Origin: Pseudomonadales bacterium
GTDB lineage: Bacteria; Pseudomonadota; Gammaproteobacteria; Pseudomonadales; Halieaceae
DNA length: 64,000 bases
NCBI GenBank assembly: GCA_024234735.1
Contig: JACKNV010000009.1
Span: 75,162 to 139,161 of the forward strand
Reading direction: 5' to 3'
Shown: piece by piece, positions 18,955 through 32,039 of the stretch
Layout of the letters: every line of letters begins with the position of its first letter
How positions within the stretch are numbered: the first letter of the stretch is position 1
Position numbers and translations under genes: made by a program
Notes under the pieces: generated by a model
What the model was told of the DNA's origin: nothing
Databases searched by the model: none
Seen by the model: only the letters and a program-made list of their open reading frames with translations

Positions 18955-20945
18955 CAGTGGGCGACGGCCCCCACCCCGGGTTCGGCGTTGAGGGAGATGC
19001 CCGGGGGATAATCCCGGGGCGAGGTGAACTCCTTGATCGCCTGGCAGTTGATCAGGCTGGACACCTTCTCGTCGCGGGCCAGTTTATAGGCCCGGGCCAG
19101 GGCCGCGCGGAAGTCCTCCGGCGTGCTCACATAGACCCCGTTGGCGCCCAACCCCTGGGCCATCTGGTCGTAGCGCAGGTGCTCCTGGAACAGGTACATC
19201 TGCAGGGAGCGGGCGGAGCGGGCGGCATTGGTCCACACCCCCCAGGCGTTGTTGTTGTAAACGATGGTAATGGTGGGCCAGCCATACTTGCTGGCGGTAT
19301 CCAGCTCGAACATGCTGTAGGCCACCCCGGCATCGCTGGTGATGCAGATAGTGGGCGCCCCCTCGTAGCCTTTCTGGGGGCCGACACCGCGCTGCACCGC
19401 CGCGCACACGCCCATCATCATGGCCATGTCCGGGCCGATGGCGCCGTACTGGTAGGGTGGCACGATCGACTGCCCGGGGCGCTGCGCCCGCAGGTAGCGA
19501 CCGGCGAAAATACCGCTGGTCCAGCCACCGCCGCCGGTGACGATCGCCTGCGGGTCTTCGGTTTCCGTGTCGATGAAATGCTGGGTGTCCCGGGCGATCA
19601 CCGCCGGGTGCAGGTAGCCGGTCTTCTTGCTGTAGCCCAGGCCGAGCTGGTAGGTCTCGTCGATATGGGCCTGGTAGGCTTTCTTCGCCTTGGCGATCTC
19701 GTCCACCCAGGCGGGGCGCTTGCGGCTCTTGCTGGCATCCTGCAGGGCCTCGAGGAACAGCCTGGCATCGCTGACCACTCCCAGGTCCAGCGGCCAGTTG
19801 CGGCCCAGGTCCTCCTGCACCGGGTGGGCGCGTATCGCCTTGATCTCGGGGTTGAAGCGGTACTCGCCTGGGCTGGGCATGCAGTACTGGCCGACGAAGA
19901 TCACCAGGTCGGCGCTGAGCAGGGCGTCGGGCGCCGCCATGACGCACAGGCGGTGGCCATCGGGGAAGGCCCCGCGGGTCGGCCCCGAGGTGGCCACGGC
20001 GATATCGCCTTTCTCGGCGACCTTGCGCAGCGCCTCCCAGCCCTCGCGCTGGAACACCCCCTGCCCGGCCACGATCAGCGGCCGTTCGGACTTGCCGAGC
20101 ATTTTCACCACCTGGGCCATCTCCGCGTCCCCCGGGTAGGCCCTGGAGGTGCTGCGATACTGGCTCTTGTCGTAGAAATCCTTGAGCTCGTCGGGATTCC
20201 GGAAGCGGGCGCGGGCCACCTCCGCGGGAAAGTCCAGGTGCACCGGACCGGGCACCCCGGATTTCAGGTGGCGGAAGGCAAAGCCACCGTACTCGTGCAC
20301 CCGCGTGGGGTCGATCAGGCGCTTGCCGTACTTGCGGATACCCTCGGTCTGGGGCTGCTGGTAGCCTGTCTGGATAAACGCCTCGCGATCATCGCCGGCA
20401 ATCGTCATATTGCTGGCCAGCACCAGCAGCGGCGTGCGCGCCGCATCGGCCGCGGCGATGTTCATGATCATATTGGTGAAGCCCGGCCCCTCGGTGCCGG
20501 AAGTCGCCACCACCTGGCCGGTGGCGCGGGAAAAGCCGTCGGCCATCGCGCACATCGAGCTCTCCATGCGACCGCCGTAGGCGGGTATGCCGGCGGCCGC
20601 CAGGGCGTTGATGACCGTATAGTTCCCCGGGCAGCAGAACAGGCCCGCCAGTTCCTCCTTGACGCACAGCTGGGCAAAGACCTCGGCGCCGCTCATGCCA
20701 CGGCCCTCGAATTTCGGGGTGACCGGCGCCTCTTCCAGCGAGGCGGTGAAATCGGCGGGAATAGTGATCGAGGGAATACTGACCTTGCCCAGATCGACCT
20801 GGTCGGCACTGAAGGCCCGGGCGCCGGCCCCGGCGGCTACCGCCGCGCCTACCCCGGCGGCGGACTTGCGCAGGAAGTCGCGGCGCGAACCGCCGTCCTC
20901 GTTGCGCTGTTCGCCTGCCGGTTGCGGGTTTTGTTGCTCATCCAT
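18954..20945 (-). CDS. Tat-exported thiamine diphosphate-dependent enzyme (acetolactate synthase/pyruvate oxidase superfamily)
   Basis: 663 aa. Twin-arginine motif GGSRRDFLRKSAAGVGAAVAAGAGARA at the N terminus. Three-domain TPP-enzyme layout with the ThDP-binding region ITSDAGVAYSMFELDTASKYGWPTITIVYNNNAWG. Confidence 0.8.
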   Translation of the reverse strand: MDEQQNPQPAGEQRNEDGGSRRDFLRKSAAGVGAAVAAGAGARAFSADQVDLGKVSIPSITIPADFTASLEEAPVTPKFEGRGMSGAEVFAQLCVKEELAGLFCCPGNYTVINALAAAGIPAYGGRMESSMCAMADGFSRATGQVVATSGTEGPGFTNMIMNIAAADAARTPLLVLASNMTIAGDDREAFIQTGYQQPQTEGIRKYGKRLIDPTRVHEYGGFAFRHLKSGVPGPVHLDFPAEVARARFRNPDELKDFYDKSQYRSTSRAYPGDAEMAQVVKMLGKSERPLIVAGQGVFQREGWEALRKVAEKGDIAVATSGPTRGAFPDGHRLCVMAAPDALLSADLVIFVGQYCMPSPGEYRFNPEIKAIRAHPVQEDLGRNWPLDLGVVSDARLFLEALQDASKSRKRPAWVDEIAKAKKAYQAHIDETYQLGLGYSKKTGYLHPAVIARDTQHFIDTETEDPQAIVTGGGGWTSGIFAGRYLRAQRPGQSIVPPYQYGAIGPDMAMMMGVCAAVQRGVGPQKGYEGAPTICITSDAGVAYSMFELDTASKYGWPTITIVYNNNAWGVWTNAARSARSLQMYLFQEHLRYDQMAQGLGANGVYVSTPEDFRAALARAYKLARDEKVSSLINCQAIKEFTSPRDYPPGISLNAEPGVGAVAH

Positions 20946-20995
20946 GCTTGTTCTCCTTATCGATTGCTGTTCAGCTGGCGGCCAGGTGCCGCCCG

Positions 20996-21373
20996 CTAGT
21001 TTTCCCAGAGCGTCTTGACGAAATACACCAGGTCCCAGACCGCGTCATCGCTGCCCAGCTTGGCACGCCAGGCGGGCATGGCCACGCCGGCGCCGTTGGC
21101 GATGCTGTTGTAGATTTCCTGGTCGGTACTGCCGCTGTAATAGTAGGCGGGCTGGGTCAGGTCGGTGGCGTCGGAAATGACGTCGACCTGGGCGCGCCCG
21201 TCGCGGCCGTGGCACTCGGTGCAGTACTGCTGGAACAACTGCGCGCCGCGCTCCACGGCGGCGGCATCGTCAGGCGGGGGATCCTGCGCCAGCGCGGGAC
21301 ACATCGCGGTCGCGCCCAGCGCGATCGCCAGGACCCGGGCACCGGCTCCTGGCAGGGGGAAAGGCAAGCGCAT
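20996..21373 (-). CDS. monohaem c-type cytochrome (secreted)
   Basis: Signal peptide and a single CTECH haem-binding motif, with a downstream Met ligand region. It ends 50 nt upstream of the TPP enzyme gene. Confidence 0.85.
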   Translation of the reverse strand: MRLPFPLPGAGARVLAIALGATAMCPALAQDPPPDDAAAVERGAQLFQQYCTECHGRDGRAQVDVISDATDLTQPAYYYSGSTDQEIYNSIANGAGVAMPAWRAKLGSDDAVWDLVYFVKTLWEN

Positions 21374-21461
21374 GGTCGTTCTCCTGTGGTGGGGTTAGGG
21401 GCATCATAGTACCTGCCGGGAAGCCCGCGGGAAACTCCCGGGAGGAACGCCGCGCGGGGAC

Positions 21462-21800
21462 TTATTCCTCCTGGCCGCGCTGCCCCGGCGAGCCGCCGGC
21501 AAAGGGGAAACTGGCGACGTTGCCGCCCTGGGCGTCGGACACCTTGCCGCTGCCCTCCTTGTCCACCTCGTCGATGCGGATGATCGCCTGCAGCGGAATA
21601 TAGCTGCGCTTGACGCCGCTGAACTCGTTCTTGAGCTTCTCTTCGCCAGGGTCCACCACGATCCTGGAGCGCTCCCCGAAGACGAATTCCTCCACTTCGA
21701 TGAAGCCCCACATATCGCTCTGGTAGATTTGCCTGGCGAACACCTCGAATACCTGGTTGCCGTTCTGGAAAATCACCTTGTAGACGGGCTGGCTTGCCAT
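21462..21800 (-). CDS. DUF1820 family protein
   Basis: YKVIFQNGNQVFEVFARQIYQSDMWGFIEVEEFVFGE is the conserved DUF1820 N terminus. Divergent placement next to miaB is common. Confidence 0.8.
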   Translation of the reverse strand: MASQPVYKVIFQNGNQVFEVFARQIYQSDMWGFIEVEEFVFGERSRIVVDPGEEKLKNEFSGVKRSYIPLQAIIRIDEVDKEGSGKVSDAQGGNVASFPFAGGSPGQRGQEE

Positions 21801-21950
21801 GCTGTCCTCATTCGATGCCGCGCCGGGGCAGGCGCCCCGCGTTGCACACCTGTCTCAAAAAGGGCGGCAATATTACCACCGTGTAGCCAGAATACCAGTC
21901 GGGCTGGGTTTGCACGAGGTTCCCCTGTATAATCCGCAGCCCTTTCCAGT

Positions 21951-23309
21951 ATGGCCCAGTACGCGGCGATCCACCTTGTGAGCAAGAAACTTTACATCCG
22001 CACCCACGGCTGCCAGATGAACGAATACGATTCCGCACGCATGCGGGATCTGCTGCAGGCCAGCCATGGCCTGGTGCCCACGGAGGACCCGGAAGAGGCC
22101 GACGTACTGCTGCTAAATACCTGTTCCATAAGGGAAAAAGCCCAGGAAAAGGTGTTTCACCAGCTGGGCCGCTGGAAGCGCCTGAAGAACCGCAAGCCCG
22201 AGCTGATCATCGGCGTCGGCGGCTGCGTGGCCAGCCAGGAAGGCGCCGAGATCGGCCGCAGGGCGCCCTATGTGGACCTGGTGTTCGGCCCCCAGACCCT
22301 GCACCGGCTGCCCGAGATGATCGCCCGGCGCGGCCCCGGCGGCGCCATGGTGGTGGACGTCAGCTTTCCCGAGATCGAGAAGTTCGACCGCCTGCCGGAC
22401 CCCAAAGTGGAGGGCCCCAGCGCCTTCGTCTCCATCATGGAGGGTTGCAGCAAATACTGCACCTTCTGCGTGGTGCCGTACACCCGCGGCGAGGAGGTTT
22501 CCCGGCCGGTCGACGACGTGATCGCCGAGATCGCCCACCTCGCCGCCGGCGGAGTGCGCGAGGTGAATCTGCTGGGGCAGAACGTCAACGCCTATCGCGG
22601 CGACAATCACCTGGGGGAGACCGTGGACTTCGCCGAGTTGCTGTACCTGGTGGCCCGCATTCCCGGGATAGCACGCATCCGCTACACCACCTCCCACCCG
22701 GTGGAGTTCAGCGATGCCCTGATCGAGGCCTATGCCGAGATACCGCAGCTGGTCGACCATCTCCACCTGCCGGTGCAGAGCGGCTCCGACCGTATCCTGA
22801 TGGCGATGAAACGCGGCCATACGGTGCTGGAGTACAAGTCCAAGATCCGCCGGCTGCGCAAGCTGCGCCCCGACATCAGTATCTCCTCGGACTTCATCGT
22901 GGGCTTCCCCGGGGAAACCGAGGCCGACTTTGCCGCCACCATGAAACTCATCGAGGAAATCGGCTTCGACACCTCCTTCAGCTTCGTCTACAGCGCCCGT
23001 CCGGGCACTCCGGCGGCCGAGCTGCCCGACACCACCGACGAGGAGACCAAGAAGCGGCGCCTGCAGATCCTGCAGACCCGCATCAGTCAGCAGGCGCAGC
23101 ACATCAGCCGGCAGATGGTGGGCAACACCGAGACGATACTGGTCACCGGCCAGTCGAAAAAGGACCCGGGACAGCTGCAGGGGCGCACCGAGAACAACCG
23201 GGTGGTGAACTTTTCCTGCCCCGACACTGCCCTGGTGGGCCAGTTTGCCCGGGTGGATATCCTCGAGGCGCTGCCCAACTCCCTGCGCGGCGTCCTCAGC
23301 GGTAGTTGA
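21951..23309 (+). CDS. miaB: tRNA-2-methylthio-N6-dimethylallyladenosine synthase
   Basis: Radical-SAM [15 protein letters not shown], the N-terminal [10 protein letters not shown] cluster, and a TRAM C terminus. Confidence 0.95.
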   Translation: MAQYAAIHLVSKKLYIRTHGCQMNEYDSARMRDLLQASHGLVPTEDPEEADVLLLNTCSIREKAQEKVFHQLGRWKRLKNRKPELIIGVGGCVASQEGAEIGRRAPYVDLVFGPQTLHRLPEMIARRGPGGAMVVDVSFPEIEKFDRLPDPKVEGPSAFVSIMEGCSKYCTFCVVPYTRGEEVSRPVDDVIAEIAHLAAGGVREVNLLGQNVNAYRGDNHLGETVDFAELLYLVARIPGIARIRYTTSHPVEFSDALIEAYAEIPQLVDHLHLPVQSGSDRILMAMKRGHTVLEYKSKIRRLRKLRPDISISSDFIVGFPGETEADFAATMKLIEEIGFDTSFSFVYSARPGTPAAELPDTTDEETKKRRLQILQTRISQQAQHISRQMVGNTETILVTGQSKKDPGQLQGRTENNRVVNFSCPDTALVGQFARVDILEALPNSLRGVLSGS

Positions 23310-23373
23310 CGCAAGTGAATTCCGGTATATCCTTAATCTTCAACAGCACTGCCCGGCGCGGCCCCAGAGCATC

Positions 23374-24393
<1,020 letters not shown>

Positions 24394-24398
24394 ACCTG

Positions 24399-24872
24399 AT
24401 GGTGGACATCCAGAACGCCAGCGGCGAGCCAGTACCCGACGAGGATGACTTACGCGGCTGGATCGCGGCCACCCTGGCCCGCCTGCAGCACCAGGCGGAT
24501 ACCGAGATCAGCCTGCGCCTGGTGGACGCCGGGGAAATGAGCCGGCTCAACCGCCAGTACCGCCACAAGGACGGCCCCACCAACGTGCTGTCGTTTCCCG
24601 CCGAGCTGCCGCCGGAGCTGGGGCTGCCACTGTTGGGTGACATCGTCATCTGCGCCCCGGTGGTCAGGGCCGAAGCCGCCGCCCAGCACAAATCCCTGGC
24701 GGCCCACTGGGCCCATATGGCAGTGCACGGCACGCTGCACCTGCTGGGCCATGATCATATCGAAGAGGACCAGGCGATCGCGATGGAGGCCCTGGAAAGC
24801 GCCATACTCGCCGGTCTCGACTACCCCTGCCCCTACCGGGCGCAGCCGCCTCAGGAGAACTCACCGGCATGA
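24399..24872 (+). CDS. ybeY: rRNA maturation endoribonuclease YbeY
   Basis: Zinc motif HGTLHLLGHDH. ATG 24399; GTG 24390, which overlaps the ybeZ stop, is an alternative start. Confidence 0.92.
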   Translation: MVDIQNASGEPVPDEDDLRGWIAATLARLQHQADTEISLRLVDAGEMSRLNRQYRHKDGPTNVLSFPAELPPELGLPLLGDIVICAPVVRAEAAAQHKSLAAHWAHMAVHGTLHLLGHDHIEEDQAIAMEALESAILAGLDYPCPYRAQPPQENSPA

Positions 24873-25714
24873 GCGACGACCGATCTGGCAACGATTCCGG
24901 GGAAAAGTCCTGGATCAACAAGTTTGCCGAGCTGTTTTCCTCAGAGCCCCGCAGTCGCGAGGACCTGCAGGAGATCCTCGCCCTGGCAGTCGACAACGAG
25001 GTCATCGACGCCGATGCCCGCAGCATCATGGAAGGCGCCATGGAGGTCAGCGACATGCAGGCCCGGGACATCATGATCCCGCGCACCCAGATGGTGGTGA
25101 TCAAGGCCGAGTCCTCCCTGGAGGACATCCTGCCGCAGATCATCAACAGCGCCCACTCCCGCTACCCGGTGGTGGGCGAGGGCCTGGACGACATCTACGG
25201 CATCCTCCTGGTAAAGGACCTGCTGCCGCAGATCCTGTGCAAGGGCAACAGTGAATTCCACATCCGCGAGCTGCTGCGCCCCTCGGTGGTGGTGCCCGAG
25301 AGCAAGCGCCTCAACGTGCTGCTGCGGGAATTCCGCGAGAACCGCAACCACATGGCCATCGTGATCGACGAGTACGGCGGGGTGGCCGGCCTGGTGACCA
25401 TAGAGGACGTGCTGGAGGAGATCGTCGGCGAGATCGAGGACGAGACCGACGCCCAGGTGGACCAGTTCATCCGCAAGATCACCGATGACGACTACTTTGT
25501 AAAAGCCCTCACCCCCATCGAGGATTTCAACGAGTTCTTCGGCACCCGCTTCAGCGACGAGGAATTCGATACCATCGGCGGCCTGGTGATCCAGTCCCTG
25601 GGGCACATGCCCAGTCGCAACGAGACCGCCACCATTGACCGCTTCGAATTCCAGGTGATCAACGCCGACCAGCGCAAGATTCACAGCCTGCGCATGCGCC
25701 CCCTGCAAGACTGA
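24869..25714 (+). CDS. corC: CBS-domain Mg/Co efflux-associated protein CorC/YbeX
   Basis: CBS pair followed by the CorC_HlyC C-terminal domain. ATGA overlap with ybeY. Confidence 0.9.
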   Translation: MSDDRSGNDSGEKSWINKFAELFSSEPRSREDLQEILALAVDNEVIDADARSIMEGAMEVSDMQARDIMIPRTQMVVIKAESSLEDILPQIINSAHSRYPVVGEGLDDIYGILLVKDLLPQILCKGNSEFHIRELLRPSVVVPESKRLNVLLREFRENRNHMAIVIDEYGGVAGLVTIEDVLEEIVGEIEDETDAQVDQFIRKITDDDYFVKALTPIEDFNEFFGTRFSDEEFDTIGGLVIQSLGHMPSRNETATIDRFEFQVINADQRKIHSLRMRPLQD

Positions 25715-25737
25715 TCCGGCTGCCGGGGCGATAGCGA

Positions 25738-27255
25738 ATGAATTCCGAACCCGGGCTGCACCCGCTGCTGGTACTGGTGCTGGCGCCCCTGGCCGGGGCG
25801 CTGGTCACCCTCTCCCTGGCGCCGTTCGACCTGTGGCCGGCCGGCATCCTCAGCTGCGCCCTGTACGCCTACCTGCTGTGCACCTGCAGCCTGCGCCAGG
25901 CGCTGTGGCGCAGCTGGCTGTTCGGCCTGGGCATGTTCGGCAGTGGCGTCTCCTGGGTGTACGTGAGTATCGACGTCTACGGCGGCGCCGGGCCGGTGCT
26001 GGCCACCTTCCTGATCGTGCTGTTCTGCGCGGGGCTGTCGCTGCTGTTCCAGGTCAGCTTCGGCTGGTTCTACGTGCGCTTCGTTCGCGCCCTGCCGGGG
26101 GGCATGCTGGTGGGCTTTCCGGTGACCTGGGTGCTGTCCGAGTGGCTGCGCAGCTGGCTGCTCACCGGCTTTCCCTGGCTGTATCTGGGCTACGCCCACC
26201 TGGACACGCCCATTGCCGGCTGGGCGCCGGTGGTGGGTGTGTACGGGCTGTCCTTCATCTGCGCCCTCACCGGCATCTGCCTGTTCCTGGCCTGGCGCAG
26301 CCGCCAGGCGATCGCCTGCACCACCTACGCCGTCATCGTCATCACCCTGTGGGCCGGGGGTGCCGTGCTCCGGCCCATGGAGTGGGTGGTCAAGGCCAGC
26401 GAGCAGCCCCTGCGGGTGGTCATGTACCAGCCCAACGTGCCCCAGGAGCACAAGTGGGACCCGGCCTGGTACCGGCCCATCCTGCGCCAGCTGCGGGAGG
26501 CCAGCGAACCCCACTACGGCGCCGACATTCTGGTCTGGCCCGAGGCCGCCGTGCCCAACTACTACCAGCGCGCCCGCGGCTTCCTGGACCCCATCGACCG
26601 GCGCGCCGACGCCAACCAGACCACCCTGTTCGTGGGCGCCCCCTATCTCGGCGAGGAGGACGGCAGCTACCACAACAGTGTCATCGCCCTGGGACAGGGA
26701 CAGGGGGTCTACCACAAGCAACGCCTGGTTCCCTTTGGTGAATACGTGCCGCTGGAGGGCCTGCTGCGCGGCCTGATCGATTTCTTCGACCTGCCCATGT
26801 CCGCCTTCAGCCCGGGGCCCGCCGACCAGCCCCCCCTGCGAGCCGGCCCCTACCGGGTGGCGCCGTTCATCTGCTATGAAGTGGTCTACCCCGAACTGGT
26901 GGCGCGCGCCGCCCGCCAGGCCGACGTGCTGCTGACCATCAGCAACGACAGCTGGTTCGGCAGGTCCATAGGGCCCCTGCAGCACCTGCAGATCGCCCGG
27001 ATGCGGGCCCTGGAAAACGGCCGCTACATGATCCGCGGCACCAACAACGGCGTGTCCGCCATCATCGACCAGCGCGGCCGTATCGTGGCCCGCACCGAGC
27101 AGTTCGTGGAAGCCACCCTGGCGGGGGATGTGGAGGTCATGCTGGGCAACACCCCGTTCAGCAGCTTCGGGGTCATCCCGGTGGTGTCGGCCTGTGTCGT
27201 CACCCTGGCGCTGATGTGGCTGATGTACCTGGGATTCTGGCGCGAGGACAGCTGA
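25738..27255 (+). CDS. lnt: apolipoprotein N-acyltransferase
   Basis: 505 aa. N-terminal polytopic region plus a nitrilase-like domain (ICYEVVYPE). Conserved position after corC. Confidence 0.93.
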   Translation: MNSEPGLHPLLVLVLAPLAGALVTLSLAPFDLWPAGILSCALYAYLLCTCSLRQALWRSWLFGLGMFGSGVSWVYVSIDVYGGAGPVLATFLIVLFCAGLSLLFQVSFGWFYVRFVRALPGGMLVGFPVTWVLSEWLRSWLLTGFPWLYLGYAHLDTPIAGWAPVVGVYGLSFICALTGICLFLAWRSRQAIACTTYAVIVITLWAGGAVLRPMEWVVKASEQPLRVVMYQPNVPQEHKWDPAWYRPILRQLREASEPHYGADILVWPEAAVPNYYQRARGFLDPIDRRADANQTTLFVGAPYLGEEDGSYHNSVIALGQGQGVYHKQRLVPFGEYVPLEGLLRGLIDFFDLPMSAFSPGPADQPPLRAGPYRVAPFICYEVVYPELVARAARQADVLLTISNDSWFGRSIGPLQHLQIARMRALENGRYMIRGTNNGVSAIIDQRGRIVARTEQFVEATLAGDVEVMLGNTPFSSFGVIPVVSACVVTLALMWLMYLGFWREDS

Positions 27256-27621
27256 TCAGCTGGCGCTGGACTCCAGGATAAACGCCTCCAGCCGCTTGTC
27301 GATGCCGAACACATGGCGGGTCAGCCACTCGGTGAGAAAGGTGGCGATGATCTCCCGGAACTGGGCGTCCAGTTCCGTCTCGCTGCCCAGCAGGCCGGCG
27401 ATCTCCTGGCGAAAGCGGTGGTGGGCCCGGATATGCTCCTCCCGGCCCGGGAAATCGAGCTGCAGCATGTACTGCTCCTCGAGCTCGAAATGGTACTCGG
27501 TATAGGCCTGCAGCCGGAGCACCACTTCCCTGTCCGCCGCCTCTTCCTTGAGCAGGTCGAGGATTTCGAACAGTTTCTGGTGCTGGGCGTCCTGCCAGAT
27601 GAGTTCGCTGGTCTTGCGCAT
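27256..27621 (-). CDS. hemerythrin-like metal-binding protein (bacteriohemerythrin)
   Basis: ORF track gives 27256-27828. Start moved to MRKTSELIWQDAQHQKLF. H..HF..EE and H...F...WL..H ligand spacing. Confidence 0.8.
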   Translation of the reverse strand: MRKTSELIWQDAQHQKLFEILDLLKEEAADREVVLRLQAYTEYHFELEEQYMLQLDFPGREEHIRAHHRFRQEIAGLLGSETELDAQFREIIATFLTEWLTRHVFGIDKRLEAFILESSAS

Positions 27622-27628
27622 CCTATGA

Positions 27629-30304
<2,676 letters not shown>

Positions 30305-30324
30305 TGCTCCCACAGAGACCTGCC

Positions 30325-30843
30325 ATGAACCGCCGCCTGGCCCGCCTTACGCTCGCCCTCGCAGTCACCTGCCTGCTCGGCGCCTGCGGCTTCCAGCTGC
30401 GCGGCACCGGCGACCAGGGCGCGGCCCTGCCTGCCGCGTGGCGCAGCATGTACCTGGTGACGGGCAACCCCAACGCCGAGTTCAGCCAGGCGGTGCGCCA
30501 GGTGTTCGCCACCGACGGTGTCGTCTGGACCGACAAGGCCACTGCCGGCTACTCGCTGGTGCTGGGGCCCGAGCGTTTCAGCCAGTCCAATTTGTCCCTC
30601 AACGCCGAGGCCCGGGTATCGCAGCTGGAGCTGACCATGCAGGCGAAATTTGCCGTCGTGGATGCCAGCGGGAACGAGGTGATGCCCGAGGCCACCGCCT
30701 CGGTGCAGGTCCAGATGGAAAACGACCCGCGCAATGCCATGGGCAAGGGCGATGAGATCCGCATTCACAAGAGCGAGATGCGCACCGAACTGGCGCGGCA
30801 AATCCTGCGCCGTATCGGGTTCTTCGCCAACAGCCACGACTGA
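30325..30843 (+). CDS. lptE: LPS assembly lipoprotein LptE
   Basis: Start at MNRRLARLTLALAVTCLLGACGFQLRG (lipobox). Conserved leuS-lptE-holA order. Confidence 0.88.
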   Translation: MNRRLARLTLALAVTCLLGACGFQLRGTGDQGAALPAAWRSMYLVTGNPNAEFSQAVRQVFATDGVVWTDKATAGYSLVLGPERFSQSNLSLNAEARVSQLELTMQAKFAVVDASGNEVMPEATASVQVQMENDPRNAMGKGDEIRIHKSEMRTELARQILRRIGFFANSHD

Positions 30844-31856
30844 TGCGCATCTACCCCGAGCAACTCGCCGCGCAACTCAAGCGCCAGCTGCTCCCGGTTT
30901 ACCTGGTCAGCGGTGACGAGCCGCTGTTGCAGCAGGAATGCTGCGACCTCATCCGCCGCGAGGCGCGCGCCGGCGGCTGCACCGTGCGCGAGGTCGTCGA
31001 GGCCGGCGGCGCCCGCTTCGACTGGCGGGAGATTCTGCACAACGCCACCAGCATGTCGCTGTTCGCCGAGCGCAAGCTGGTCGAGTTGCGCCTGCCCAGC
31101 GGCAAGCCCGGCGCCGAGGGCAGCAAGGCCCTGTGCGAGTTCCTCGAGCTGGCGAACCCCGACGATGTGCTGCTGATGGTCACCGGCAAGATCGACAAGC
31201 AGTCCACGAAAAGCAAGTGGTACCAGGCCCTGGACAGGGCCGGCGCCACCATACAGGTGTGGCCCGTGGACGCCGGCAAGCTCCCCGGCTGGCTGCGCGC
31301 GCGGGTGGAGAGCGCCGGCCTGCATATCGATGACGACGCCCTGCAGCTGCTCTGCGACCGGGTGGAGGGCAACCTGCTGGCGGCGGTGCAGGAAGTGGAA
31401 AAGCTCAAGCTGCTGGCCAGCGATGCCCACATCAGCGCCGCGACCGTCACCGCCGCGGTCTCGGACAACGCCCGCTACAATCTCTTTGAGATGGCGGACA
31501 ACGCCCTCAAGGGGGACGCCGCGACCAGCCTGCGAATGCTCCATGGCCTGCGCGGCGAGGGTTCCGAGCCGGTGGTGGTGCTGTGGGCCCTGGCCCGGGA
31601 GATTCGCAGCCTGCATGAATTGCAGCTCGATTGCGCCGCCGGCCACAACGTGCAACAGGCCATGAAGGCGAGGCGGGTCTGGCCGCAACGCATGCCGCTG
31701 GTACAGGCGGCGCTGGCCCGCCACGACAGCGAATCGATGTCGCAATTGCTGGAGCGGGCCGCCAGGGTCGACGGCAGCATCAAAGGCTATGCCGGCGGCA
31801 AACCCTGGGACAATCTGGAAGACCTTGTACTCGGCCTGTGCCGGGGCGACCGGTAG
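30843..31856 (+). CDS. holA: DNA polymerase III delta subunit
   Basis: 337 aa. Its ATG overlaps the lptE TGA. YLVSGDEPLLQQE is the HolA N terminus. Confidence 0.9.
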   Translation: MRIYPEQLAAQLKRQLLPVYLVSGDEPLLQQECCDLIRREARAGGCTVREVVEAGGARFDWREILHNATSMSLFAERKLVELRLPSGKPGAEGSKALCEFLELANPDDVLLMVTGKIDKQSTKSKWYQALDRAGATIQVWPVDAGKLPGWLRARVESAGLHIDDDALQLLCDRVEGNLLAAVQEVEKLKLLASDAHISAATVTAAVSDNARYNLFEMADNALKGDAATSLRMLHGLRGEGSEPVVVLWALAREIRSLHELQLDCAAGHNVQQAMKARRVWPQRMPLVQAALARHDSESMSQLLERAARVDGSIKGYAGGKPWDNLEDLVLGLCRGDR

Positions 31857-31894
31857 GGGCGACCGGTAGGGGCAACCGGTAGGGGCGGCCAGTA
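31843..31894. repeat. tandem repeat, 4 x 13 bp (GGGGCGACCGGTA)
   Basis: Sequence is GGGGCGACCGGTA GGGGCGACCGGTA GGGGCAACCGGTA GGGGCGGCCAGTA. The first unit supplies the last holA codons and its TAG stop. Confidence 0.9.
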
Positions 31895-31989
31895 AGCGCG
31901 CTCGCCGGCGCCCTCCCACCTGTACACTATTCGGGCATGTGCTGCGCTCCGCCGGGCAACTCCCGCTTGCTTTCCCCCTCTCGCGATAC

Positions 31990-32009
31990 TACTGTACATA
32001 CATACAGTT
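31990..32009 (+). promoter_or_regulatory. LexA (SOS) box upstream of imuA
   Basis: TACTGTACATACATACAGTT matches CTGT-N8-ACAG. It lies 31 nt upstream of ATG 32040. Confidence 0.85.
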
Positions 32010-32039
32010 TATTGACGGATCTACCCCGGGAGCAGGGCC

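Noticed and set aside
14329-19011. 1560-aa ORF on the + strand
   Set aside because: It runs antisense to lon, through an intergenic region, and out of frame over the aminotransferase. The product is low-complexity and Arg/Gly/Ala/Pro-rich with no motifs. This is a typical open-frame artefact of high-G+C DNA.
21928-21933. TATAAT hexamer upstream of miaB as its promoter -10
   Set aside because: No acceptable -35 lies at 16-18 nt, and the implied leader is only ~11 nt without an RBS. That is not enough support.
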